A DNA stretch of 64,000 nucleotides from Octopus bimaculoides. Its lineage: Eukaryota. The stretch lies in assembly GCF_001194135.2 (NCBI RefSeq), contig NC_068981.1, forward strand, positions 152,898,905-152,962,904, written 5' to 3'. Positions 1-12,862 of this stretch are shown one piece after another (position 1 is the stretch's first letter; each line of letters begins with the position of its first letter). The position numbers and the translations under genes were made by a program. Under the pieces are notes generated by a model, which saw only the letters and a list, made by a program, of their open reading frames with translations, ran no database searches and had not been told where the DNA came from.

Positions 1-141
1 ACTACTAAGTGGACATCCATTATGCTAGAAGTAGACCACCTATGGTCTGACCACTAAGAGGAGATTGTTCTCAAGAAAATTCAGCAAACACCAGAACGTA
101 AGCGAGCAAGACAAATGAAAAGATATAAAATATAAAGATTA

Positions 142-200
142 ATCACAGACCGGTTTCATTGTTACCACTTACGTAATTGTCCGCAACTCTTCAATGTGAT
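142..200 (-). ncRNA. decayed type I hammerhead ribozyme-like motif (Penelope pLTR type)
   Basis: Minus strand: ATCACA-TTGAAGA-GTTG..CAAT-GAA-ACCGGT-C-TGTGAT; perfect 6-bp stem I, palindromic stem III, GUC cleavage triplet; C3 and C11.1 read as T. Confidence 0.6.
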
Positions 201-1683
201 CGTCATAGCAATATAATTTGCAGAACTATGCGAGAGACGTCCGCATGAGATTGAACACACACACACACACACACACATATATAGATTCAGGTGAATATGG
301 TACTTAAGTTGAGGCACCAGAATTTAGTGTGGTATTATCCATACAATTTCAAAGTAAGGTGATAAGGTGATTAAAATCAAAATAAGTAACAAGGATATCC
401 AGAGGTAATGCAGTACAATCGTTTCATGCAACTTCATTTAATTGAACATTGTAATCATTACATCAATTTAAAATGCAAAGCAATCTTCAGCTGCACAATG
501 ACATAGAATTTAATTAAATTAGAACAGATGGACATATTAGTATAATTATACCTAAAATCTCCAAGAAGTTAAGGAGATAGACAAAGAACATGTTGCCTCT
601 ACTACAACATAGAAGTTAATAAATAAATTGTCAAGAAAACTCTGCCTGTCACTGATTTTATTTGTTTTTATGGGGTCAGTTTTAATTTATAGACTAGTTT
701 ATCATAAACCTTGTATATCTAAGGCTGAGAGAATAAAGGGCATCATCTGTTAGGGGTAGGACTGAGAGAGCAGACAGAAATCATAGTTGGTATAGTCATA
801 AAAATCATGAGATTTGGTAAAGGAAATCTTAAAACAAGATGTTGACTGACAACTAAGTGGGGTCGCCCACTAGCAAACCATTGATAATGAAACAGGGGAA
901 GTCTTATCATGTAGTACTATAGTTAAATGTTTTAAAACAATGTTGCTATATTGTATACAGATAAAGTTTATGGCTATTCAGAGGGTTATTAAGAAGAATA
1001 TATTAACAAAAGAATAGAAATTTATGGATACTTTTGAGTATATACCAAACTTTTACCACAATAGCGGGAGGAAAAGAAATTATTCAGAAATAGTTTAATA
1101 TTTATACATATTGTACACTCAGCCTATATAAGGTAATACTCAACAACTTAAAATAGTTCAATTTAATTAAATCAGTATACAATTAACATGTTTTTTAACC
1201 TTGGTTGGTCCATTATTAGGTACCAGGTAAATCCAATTGATCAATCTTTATAGAAACCATATAATAAGTTAATATTTAGATAGGTAATAAGTAAATAAAT
1301 ATTAAACTATTTTCTTTGCAACTTTCTTTTCCTCCCTCTATTGTGGTAAAAAAATTTTGGTATATACTCATAATATTCATAGAAGTTTTATCCTTTTGTT
1401 AAAATTTCATTCTTAATAATCTTCTTGATTACCCTGAATTTTAACTTTGTACAATAAGACAATATTGTTTGAAATTATCTTTAGAGACTACTTGATTTAT
1501 ATATATATATATATAGCTGCAGATATACACATCATTATTATTATTGTTATAATCATAATGCAAACAAGTGACAACAGGTGGCCTGAAAGGGTGGTATGTG
1601 ACCACAAAACCTAGAGTAACCCTGACACCAAATTGCTGCCATATGTAATCATTACTCTACAATTGTAGTGAGTGCTATCATTT

Positions 1684-1839
1684 CATAGGTGTGGCTGTGT
1701 GGTAAGAAGCTGGTTTCCCAACCACATCGTTCCGGGTTCCATCCCACTGCATGACACCTTTGGCAAGTGTCTTCTGCTATAACCTTGGGCCAACCGAAGC
1801 CTTGTCAATGGATTTGGCAGAAGGAAACTGAAAAAAGCC
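1684..1839 (+). mobile_element. tRNA-headed SINE (family A), 5' half
   Basis: A-box-like GTGGCTGTGTGG, B-box-like GGTTCCATCCC, CCTTTGGCAAGTGTCTT core; matches copies at 20056, 26175, 58295. Confidence 0.85.
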
Positions 1840-1844
1840 ACGCG

Positions 1845-2957
1845 AAGGACAGAAAGACCGATTTTATGACACCCTCTTGCAGACTGCCTCGTTGACGAAT
1901 GACAGGGACCTTCTCTTTGTTGCTGGTGACTTCAATGGACATGTTGGACAACATACAGGGGGCTTTCATGGCGTACATGGAAGCTATAGTTTTGGTTCCC
2001 GCAATGAGGAGGGAACCAGGCTGCTGGAGTTCTGCAATGCAAATGACCTTATGGTTTGCAATACTATCGTCAGGAAACCTGCCAGTCACCTACCATTCTG
2101 GCAGACACACTAGCCAAATTGACTACATCCTCGCCAGAAAAAGGGAAAGATGGCTGCTTGTAAATGCCAAAACCTTCCCAAGTGAAGAATGTACCCCACA
2201 ACATAGACTAGTAGTTAGTGACTTCAGGATCAGAGCTAAGTGGTTGCCCAGAAAATGACCAGCATGGAGGAGAAGGGTCTGGAAGCTTAAAGATCCTGTG
2301 AATAAACAGAGATTTAGAGACATATTACTCGAAACCTTTGACGAAATAGAAGAGGATATAGCTTCACATGATGTAGAAGACAACTGGAGGTTTCTATGAG
2401 ACAGCCTGCTGAGGGCCACTGACCAGATCTGTGGATGGTGCAAAGTTCCCTCTCAACCCAAAATAACGTGGTGGGGGAACAATGTTGTTGACAGGACTAT
2501 TAGAGAAAAGAAACAGGGTTGGAAGGACTGGAAGAACGGTGGTAGCAGGGAATTGTATCAGACGGCCAGAAGGGTAGCTAAGAGACAGGTTTATTTAGCC
2601 AGAGGGAAAGGAGATAAGAAAAAATTTACCAATGTTTTGCGCCGTGAGGACCAAAGACTTGAGGTATTTCGTGTTGCAAGACAGTGTGTAAGAGAGAATC
2701 GTGATGTCATAGGAGAGAAATGTGTCTGCATGGATGATGGTTCACTTGCACTAAATGTGGCTGCAAAGAGAGAGACCTGGGATGAGGTGGTGAAGCACGA
2801 CCTTCGAACATTAGTCCTCACCGAGGCAATGATTAGTGACCGAGACCTTTGGAAATATGCTGTGCATGACAAGACCCAGTAAGACAATAAGCCGTGGCCT
2901 TTGCCAGTGGTGTAGCCAGCCCACTTATGCGTACCTTTCCTTCATTGGACACTAAAC
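1845..2957 (+). mobile_element. decayed RTE-clade LINE; APE endonuclease fragment fused to ORF2 C-terminus (RT deleted)
   Basis: VAGDFNGHVG, SQIDYILARK and PQHRLVVSDF motifs with frameshifts/stops; then WDEVVKHDLRTL..DRDLWKYAV matching the copy at 14020-14140. Confidence 0.9.
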
Positions 2958-3148
2958 TATATTGCTTATTTATTCATATTGTTTTGAATCATTCATGCAT
3001 TACCTTGTTGCTCTGAGAGTTTGATGATGTGATTGCTTGTTCTTAGAATAACATTGTAGTGTAGGTGTGACATGCCAGATCTGGCCTGTTTGAACATTAA
3101 GCAGGTAGAATATTTGGGTTGGATATGGCCAGTTTAAATGCTAAAGGG
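2958..3148. mobile_element. piggyBac-type MITE, right half
   Basis: Ends ...GCTAAAGGG|TTAA; same internal sequence as 32799-33018. Confidence 0.65.
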
Positions 3149-3359
3149 TTAAAACATATCTTAACAAAATTCCTATATAAAACTTTAATAGAAAGATTTA
3201 AATTAAATATGACCAAGAATTTATGTATCTTAGAAATGGACAGCCACAGGTGGGGTGATATCAGAAAGATTAAACTTTTTAATATTGCGCTGTTATTAAC
3301 TGAAGTCACACACGTTTGTACTTCATGTCTCTATGTTTCTCTCATTTCTAATATTGCAG

Positions 3360-3518
3360 AATAATTATTCAAGTATGTCACAGTGTTTTAGATTGCTCAG
3401 TCACTTATCCTTCTCGGACAATCCGTTTCCTCTATGCATCTTTTGACCGTACTGGAGAACAGTTTATTGCTGCTGACCATCATGGAAATATTTTTGCTTT
3501 CAACTTAAATACAAACTG
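3360..3518 (+). CDS. TBC1D31: TBC1D31 coding exon (first in window), WD40
   Basis: ttgcag|A...TG|gtgaga; [52 protein letters not shown]. Confidence 0.92.
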
Positions 3519-3545
3519 GTGAGATATTTTTCTTTTTTTTTTTTC

Positions 3546-3584
<39 letters not shown>

Positions 3585-6500
3585 CCCATCCAACCCATGC
3601 CAACATAGAGAACAGATGTTTAAAAAATGGTGATGGTATATATTAATGTTTTTTTTTTATGTCAAGTTACATATAAAAACAATTAACATTAAACTAAAGG
3701 ATTACACAATACTTTTGTGTAGAGTACATGTTTATTAAACTTTTGCTAAAAGAGGAGTGACATTAACTTGAGTGTCAGTCTGCTGGCCTTCGTTTGATTG
3801 TGTGTGTGTGTTTATAATTAATTCATTTTAGGAATTGTGACTAATTAATTTTAAAAGGGTTTTCTGTAATTAACAATTTTCCTTTTTACTATATAAATTA
3901 GTAAAATTTATTCAAAACATGCACACTGTAAAAACAGCAATAACAAAATAAAACAAAGACACTCCCTACTCTCTGTTAAATAACTTGTCAACGTCCTACA
4001 GATAAGATGACAAACCACTTCATCAGTTGCTTTATCTCATGGGGTTCTTTTCTAAAGCATGATGTTTTCATCCCAATTTGATGGAATAAAATGGCAGTCG
4101 AAAGATTGAGAACTCTCAAAGTCTTTCCATCTATTGGTGCCAAAAAAGATTCTATCCATTAATCACTGATATTCAGTTATCTTCTGCTCCTCTGCTTTGT
4201 TTAGTGCAGCTCCTGGATTAATAGCTGGTGTGACAAGGTTAGCACTGGAGAATATATCATAACCTATGGTATCCCAGAGAACAAATACACCTCTTCCCTT
4301 TAAAGGGAAAGTGTATCCTCTTTAGATGCCTACCATTCAAGTGTTTGAGGTGAACAGGCTCCTGTTATGATGGGAAACTGACAGCATTGCGGCACCTTTT
4401 AATATCAATTTCAAATTTTGGCACAAGGCCAGTAAGTTTGGGGCCTAGGGCAAGTCAATTACATTGATTCCAGTGCTCAACTGGTACTTATTTTATCAAT
4501 GCCGAAATGATGAAAGGTAAATTCGACCTTGGCAGAACTTGAACTCAGAATGTAAGGACAGACAAACTGCTGAAAATAATGCTAAGCATTTTACCTGGCA
4601 TGCTAATGACTCTGCCAGCTCACCACCTTAAGGTACCTTTTAATATCATTCAATGCAGTATGGTGGAGTAAAGACAGCAGACACAGTCCAAACTTGTTGA
4701 CAGTCTCCACACCATCATTTATATGGCTTACCATGCATAGTCTGCAGTGCAGGCCAACTTTGATACACATGGACTCATTGCCATGAAAGAAGTCGGTTAA
4801 TGAAAGGTATGTTACATTGAGCTACACACCACTACTTGGTTGCAAAACTGTTCTGAGGCAAGTGAAGCTGTGTTAGTCAAAGGTTGAGTGAATTTTCATA
4901 CAAGTGGAATTATATTTAATATTGCATTGTTTGGCTGTACCCTAGGGTATGTTGACCTCATCATGAATCAGATAGCTTGCACTGTCTCATACTCAGAGTC
5001 TTACATAAGGCTACAAAAATCTCATGGATAAGTGCACAGTTGGAGGTGACAGAGGAAAACGGATCAGTAATATGCAGTGGGTTGTTGAACTAAAAAGTAG
5101 CTGAACTTCACAGGAAATTTCTCTTGCTGTCTTCAGTGTTGTCAAAAGTGATATTGCATGAAAATTCTGCACAGAAACAAATGATGGCATTGAGTTTCTT
5201 GGGATATTCTGAATGGAGATAGCACAGTATGCTGCACAGTTGAATTTAGGAAGAGCAAAACAGTTCTTTAACAGAAAGAGGACTTGGTGAGAATCAGTCA
5301 GATGCTCTCTATTAGTTACTGTTGTGGGTTCTTTTGTTTGACTTCCAGGTATCTTTGGATGGTTTTTGAAAGAATCGGTGAGCCAAGAATATAGGTATTG
5401 TCTTTGGGGCCAGTTGTATATCAGTCAGGACAGATCAAATGCTACACATGTTGTCCTCAGATTTGACTTTCCTTGTAATTCACATTTGTTGTTTCTAACT
5501 TGGAGCAGGCATGGCTTATGGTTAAAAAGTTTTCTTTGCTTCCATGTGGTTTCAGGTTCAATATCACTGTGTGACACCTTATATAAATTTCTCCTATTGT
5601 CCAAGGTCAGCCAATACCTGTGAAGTGGAATTTGATGAACAGAGAATATGGAAGCTATTTATATGTCAATATATGTACCTCAACACATCTTCATGTTGAT
5701 TCCTCTCGGGCAGTGGTGATGCTTGTTTATGACTTGCTGCTCATCTGTTCAGTGTCCATAGATCAGTAAAGTAAAAAGGACTTTAATTATAAAAAAAAGT
5801 AAGAATCGACATCAGAGAAGGGCATCCAGCCGTAATACTGCCTCGACAAGTCTCACCCATCCAGTGTCACACCATCCAGGAGCCAGATATTGAACAGGGA
5901 ACTAACAGAGCAAGTAATATTGTCAACAACTAAAGTAAAGAGTAGTCAGTGTGGGTCACCTTGCTGAACACCAGCCCTAGGACATTATGATGCTGCCAAC
6001 AATACTGAGCATACTGGATTTCCTGTAAGAAAGAAATTAACATTGGTATGAAGTCAATTGTACAAAATAGGATCCATCCTTTTATTATGATAAATCATGT
6101 AATTATAATAAAAATATCCTAAATATTTAGAGTTGAATTAAAGTAAGTCACTTCCTGAAATTCTAAATTTGTCCACCTTCACCATCCATAGAATGTTCAG
6201 TTTCCAAGCTGGTATAGATTGAGCAGCCTTCATGATCCAAGTCAGATCTTATTTGGAGTTACTGCTTCCCCCAGACAGGTTGGAGGACCACATTTCACTC
6301 ATTTGTTTCATTTTGGCATGATTTCTATGGCTACAAGCCATTCCTAACACCAACCACTTTACATAGTATACTGGATTCTTAATTGTGGTGTTGATTCTAG
6401 AAAGGTTGTCATGTTCTCAGCAAAACTAAAGAGTCCTCCTTTAACTTTCATTGTCTTTATTTGCCAACCACTTTATAGAATTTATTGGGTGCATTTTATT

Positions 6501-8865
6501 ATAACACCAGCACTAGAGAGTTTGCCTTGTCCATTGCATTATTAAAGAGCCCCAAACATGGACAACAGAGTGAATAGAAAAGTAACTGATTGCCAGGAGC
6601 TTGGCAGAAGAGAAAGTGAGTATGCGAGTGATGACAGGAAACAAAGAGATTTTTAAAAGAAGAAATGATGGATATGTTATCTAGGTGACTAAATGTTTGT
6701 TTGTAAAGGAGATTACATAGTAAAACAGCATGATGAGAGAAGAAAAACTGATAGGACGAAGCAGGATGATGAGAGGAGAGACAATGGAAATGAGTGAGAG
6801 GACTGTGTATCAACAAATAGTGATAGAGGAAGATGATAGTGTGAGAGAGAGCAAGTAGAGAGTTGAAAGATAATAATAAGTGTCAAGATTGGTCAATCGA
6901 TGGATAGCAGTAGAGATGCGTGATGGTAACAGAAGTTGCAGTTATTGAAAAATGATAAGAAGAAGCAGTAAAGAAGAGTTGTTGGGATTCATGACAGATC
7001 TGATGTCATCCTTCATTACGCAGACTTAATGACAGAAGAGAGATAGAGTGACCACTATCATTTTAAGGACCATTTTGCCATGCTGGCATTTGTGGACAGG
7101 TCCTCTCCAGCACTATGAGTAGCCACTTGGCATGAATGCTGGTTCTGTCCACTTCAAACACTCAGCACTTCTTTATAGCAGCTGTCATCCTCCACATACA
7201 TCACGCCTGTTGCAGTGCAGCCTTCTTTCTCAGCTCACTTGTCTTTCACTATTCATGCCCACATTATATACCCAGTGGGGCATGCTCTTTCTAGCTATTT
7301 TTGATCAATTTACATAAGAATAAGCAAATTAGCTAGTTAGCAAATCTCTATAAGAGATGAAAGTAGACTATACTGAGAAGTAATGTTTATCGCCATGTCA
7401 ACATGGCTGTCCCACAGGAACCAACATTACTACTGTTTTTAACCCCAGGAGAATGCCTCCTCCAGCTGGTTATTGATACAATCAGATTGCATCGATAACA
7501 AGCTGGAGGAAGCATTCTCCTGGGGTTAAAAACAGTAGTAACATCGGTTCCAATGGAGCAGACATGTCGAAGTAACAATAAACATTACTTAACATAAAAT
7601 ATTTCTGCATTTGTTTTTGTGTTACATGCAGCAAAGATAGGGGTAGCACACATCTTATGGTGTGTTGCTACTGGGATGCAAGCCAGGATGTCATTGACCT
7701 CAGCTGGCTCAACTAAGCTAAGGGATCTGATGCTGAAAGACCCCAAATTCCTTATAAGCCCAGAAACATCACTGTTGAAGTGTTCCAGAGTATCTGTGAG
7801 TTGTATCTTGAAACCTTAGTGCTACATTTTCTTAGAAATTTTATTTTATGTTTTATTACTAACTAAATATAAGAAATTTAAATATTCTTGAATGCTTTGC
7901 CATATCAGATTAAGAGAAAAGGAATTAAACTAGTAAAATTAAATATAATGTTCTTGAACCCAAATTACTAAATTGGCATGCTGCAAAGATAATTATCTTC
8001 AAATAGAATTTCACATTCCAGTATAGACATTCCATATAAGATAACTACTTATTGAATTTATATAGACAGACCAAACTGTAATTAAACAATTGCACTTTAC
8101 ATTCCAATTAAAGCCATCTAAAAATATAAAGTTAGTTATATCAAAGAATTTAAGAAATGATTGTGTAAACAACAGCTTCCAAAAAACAGCTGTGAACTTT
8201 TCTCTGTCACATATTTGTGCTTATTAACAAGTGATCCTGTAAGTGAAAGTCAGTATGAGTCTAATAATTGAAAAATTTAAACAGTTAAATGTTTTATCAA
8301 CTAATCCATTAGACATGTGGCAATTTTTCCTGCCTGTTGCATAAGAATTACTGACAATGACGACAATGATATGTGTATGTATCAACTTGTAAAAATAAAT
8401 ATTGTTCTCATGAGCCCCTATTACAAAGGCAGGTATCCTGCAAAAGTAATTGTTGTGGTTGCCAGTCTCCCTTCTTATCTCATGAAGGGAATGTCCCCCA
8501 GTGCAAGTTGTATGTAAAATAATATAATAGTATATATATATATATATGTGTGTGTGTGTAAATATATGTATGTGTGTATTGGGACTGGCCAGATTGGAGC
8601 AATATCGAGTATAACCAGCCGAAATTTCAAAGATAATCTGGATCTCGACGGTTGAAAGAAAACTCCGAATGACTTGTCCTTGTTTCCTTGTATCATCTAT
8701 TTGGATGTTTTGTTGTCCCTTTCTTGTATCACCTAACTGTCTGGATGTTTTGCATTGTTGTCCCATTTTTTACTATTTATATATATATATTTATATATGT
8801 ATATATATGTATATGTATGTATATATGTATATGTATATATATGTATATATATATGTATATCTGTA

Positions 8866-8928
<63 letters not shown>

Positions 8929-9212
8929 ATATATATATATAAATGCATGTGTATATATATATGTGTATATATATGCATGTATATATGTGTGTGCATATAT
9001 GTGTATATATATTGTATATATATATGTGTGTGTATTTTTGGCATGATAGATCGCTAGCTACTACACACATCTTTTCTTGTCTCCTCGTTTCTTTCTGTGT
9101 AAGAGTGTAGCCTCGAAACATTAAAGACTTTTTCAATTCCCGAGCATTATATTAATACATCTGTTTGTTTTTTACACCACCTATCTTTGTCTTTTGTTTT
9201 TTTGTGAATTCT

Positions 9213-9257
<45 letters not shown>

Positions 9258-10295
9258 NNNNNNNNNNNNNNNNNNNNNNNNNNNNNNNNNNNNNNNNNNN
9301 NNNNNNNNNNNNNNNNNNNNNNNNNNNNNNNNNNNNNNNNNNNNNNNNNNNNNNNNNNNNNNNNNNNNNNNNNNNNNNNNNNNNNNNNNNNNNNNNNNNN
9401 NNNNNNNNNNNNNNNNNNNNNNNNNNNNNNNNNNNNNNNNNNNNNNNNNNNNNNNNNNNNNNNNNNNNNNNNNNNNNNNNNNNNNNNNNNNNNNNNNNNN
9501 NNNNNNNNNNNNNNNNNNNNNNNNNTTACCAGGGTAGCAAAAAATCACACAAGTAATAAGGGCGTAACACCTTGTTTTTAAAGGTAGAAACTCCGGTTTT
9601 ACTTGAAATATTTTGTATAAAATATATAAATAAATAAATGGAGTCAAACGCAGGTGTTATTCAAATTCTTTTACTTCCGACACATGTTTCAATGATATCA
9701 TTGGTATTATTCCAAAAGAATTAAATGTTGTAAAACAATGTAATCTTCTCTTCAGGGAAATGAAGAAATAAAACTCGTCAATAAGACATTTTAACAGAAT
9801 ATGAGGGATATGTAAAGTGATGAACTGAACGCTATTAAGTTTTTTAAAGAAAAAACGTTGGAGGATATAGCGTCAAAGGTAGCCTATAGAAAGAGGAGGG
9901 GTAAAGGAAAGAAAAAATCAGAAACCAAATAAATGAGAAGTATAGAACGGTATCCAAATGAAATAAAACCCTAAAGTCTTGGAAAAAGATATATCAAGTG
10001 AAAGTGAAATGTATGAAGAAAATCAATGTTTGAATTATATATAATGATTGATATCACTTATATGAACATTGGCAGAAACACACCTTCAGTGAGCTGGCAG
10101 AAGTGTTAGAACATCAGGCAAGATGCTTTGTGGCGTTTTGTCTGTCTTTTATGTTTTGAGTTCAAATTCCACTGAGACTGACTTTACTGTCATTCTTTTG
10201 AGGTCGATAAAATAAGTACCAGCTGAGCACTGTGGTCAATGTTATTGATTTACCCACTGTTTTGAACTTGCTGCCCTTGCGCCAAAATTTGAAAC

Positions 10296-10355
<60 letters not shown>

Positions 10356-12806
10356 CATTCAGTAGTCTTATTTTTATCATGTGCTTTCACTGAACTATCG
10401 AGTGCAACTGTGTGTGCCTTGGGTATGTGCTGTGGTTTGTTGTGATGCTCTTATGGTTACTGTATTGAAAGTGTTTTATGTAGGATGTGTGCAGTGCCTA
10501 GTAGTGCTATTTTCTGTATGTTATATATATTTGTTAGTCCTGGTGTTTTTTTTATGTATTTGTCTGAATATTTTTATCATATTGTTGTTGTTGTTGTTGT
10601 TGTTGTTATATTCATTAATGTTTGTTTTTATTGCTTTATCAGGTTCACATTGGTGAAAAAGGCAAAAATCCCACCAACAGCTCTTGCCTATACTTTAAAG
10701 AAAAAATCAGAGTTTCTTATTGCCATGGCCAACTATTCCTTGCACTGTTATGATACAGGTAAAGTAAAATGTCTTTTGGTTTTTCTGAAGTAATGCTAAG
10801 ATTCATGTTTAATTAAATTACTCTCTTTTACTGTTGAAAATTACATTTTCAGGTCTTGATAACTTTCATTTTATAAATCCTACCAATATGGTCACTTGCC
10901 AATACACTTTATCCTCTAAACCACAGATGCATTGCCTCCTTATTGTGCTTTTTCTCCTGCTATTACCATGGGGTCTACACATCAAAGCCAGCTAATTGCA
11001 ATATGTCTTTACCCAAACCCTTTTCACACACCAATTTCTCCTTTCCTTACTTATGCTGTGTCTTCTCCCACGCCACACTCAGTCCACACACTAATAGCTA
11101 TGTTCTACCCTTCATCCATAGGACATTGATCCCATTTTGGTACATACTTATCCTGCAAATGATGATTTCTAGATGTTCAAGCTGAACATAAATTGTATCA
11201 ATCTTACCAGTGGCAGAAGATCTGCAGAAACCATAGGCAGGTCCCCTTCCTTCTTACCAAACCATAAAAAAATGTTACGATCATTAATAATATTATTTCA
11301 TTAGTGATCTTTTTATAGGATTTGGTAGGTTCTTATAATGATTCTTACACGAAATATTTGTGCGGATAGGGAATCATAAAATATAAGATATGTTAGCATC
11401 ATGATATTAAGTATCTAGTTCTATAAATACTTGTTGCTGGATGGAAATGTGCTCTCGGTTGGTAAATTGTAGATAGCAGTGAAGAACTGGTGTTACTGAA
11501 GTAGGGTGTATTACACATCATTTTAAGTTGTTGATTAAAAAGATGCTGTTTAGTATATATTGTATTCATGTGTAAAGAAATAATGTAGAAAACGTGAAAT
11601 AGACTGAAATAATTGAGAAGGATCACTTGAATACATCTGCTTGCTAGATAGAAGTCAATAGAGCGTTATGTATATTGGAACTATACAGAGGTGAGAGAAA
11701 TTTTCAGTTTTACCAAGAGGGTAAGATAAGACAACCTCTATAGTACCGCTGCAATGAAAACATGCATCCAGTTTACTCTGTAAAGTGTTTGGCATATGGA
11801 AGGTATCCAGCCATAGAAGCCATGCCAAAACTGACACCTTGAAGCATAATCTGATCAGATCCTCTGAACCATCCAACCCATGTCAGCCTGGAAAGCAGAA
11901 GGCAGCAGTGGTGTCTAAAGTGCTGTTGTTTTTATCTAAAAATTTAAGATTTCTCTCCAAACAAATTTTCATTTGTATAAAATGTCTAGATGTTTCAGAT
12001 GATTTATTGTTAATTTCTAAGGATGAAACAGCTTTTGATATTTACTTTTATCATTGTTTTTAATTGTTTCTTATCTGATTACCTTTAGGTGTCTTAATCC
12101 TGGATATGTACAGAGTAAGTAGCATATATGAGCATTAACTTCTAGTAACAGTCCAGTGTTATCTACACATCCAGGAATAAGACACTTGATGGTGATCAGA
12201 GATCAAACCAATTGCAATGTAATACAACTTGAAATATTTAAAATAATTAGAATAGACATCTATGTATCATACTTAATGTAAATACACCACTAGAAGGCAA
12301 ATTAACTTCAGTTATCATCCAGAGATAATATCTCTTATGGATATGCCACTTCTTTGCATGTAATGGATTTAAAATAAGTAAAGTTAATCACCACATATTA
12401 ACACCCATATTAATGTGGTGATTAGCTTTACTTGTTAGTATAGTTACTGCTCTAATCTCTTCTTGAGATTTAACAACTAGCTATTTTGTTTGCTGCAAAT
12501 CAGTGACTGATGGTCACTCTGTTTACTATTTATTGCTTGCTGGAGCAGATTCTGGTGACCAGGTGTTTGTGACCGAAGATGAAAACTAGTTCAAAACCGA
12601 ATCAATCTCACAATCCTATCATCTGCTGGAGGATGGTAGCAGTTTGCTCCCTTGCTATGGCGTTAGGAAGGGCACCCAGCTGTAGAAACTCTGCCAAATT
12701 AGATTGGAGCCTGGTGTTGCCATCAGGTTTCACCAGTCCTCAGTCAAATCGTCCAACCCATGCTAGCATGGAAAGCGGACGTTAAACGATGATGATGATG
12801 ATGATG

Positions 12807-12862
<56 letters not shown>

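Noticed and set aside
1558-1580. ATG CAA ACA AGT GAC (MQTSDN) resembling the human TBC1D31 start MQSTD
   Set aside because: The only phase-compatible donor (AG|GTGGCC) is weak and the conserved GKIWHRKP block is missing; exon 1 more likely lies upstream of the window.
8669-9647. Many overlapping 80-170 aa ORFs rich in Y/I/C/V/H/T
   Set aside because: Translations of (TA)n/(TG)n microsatellites and N-runs.
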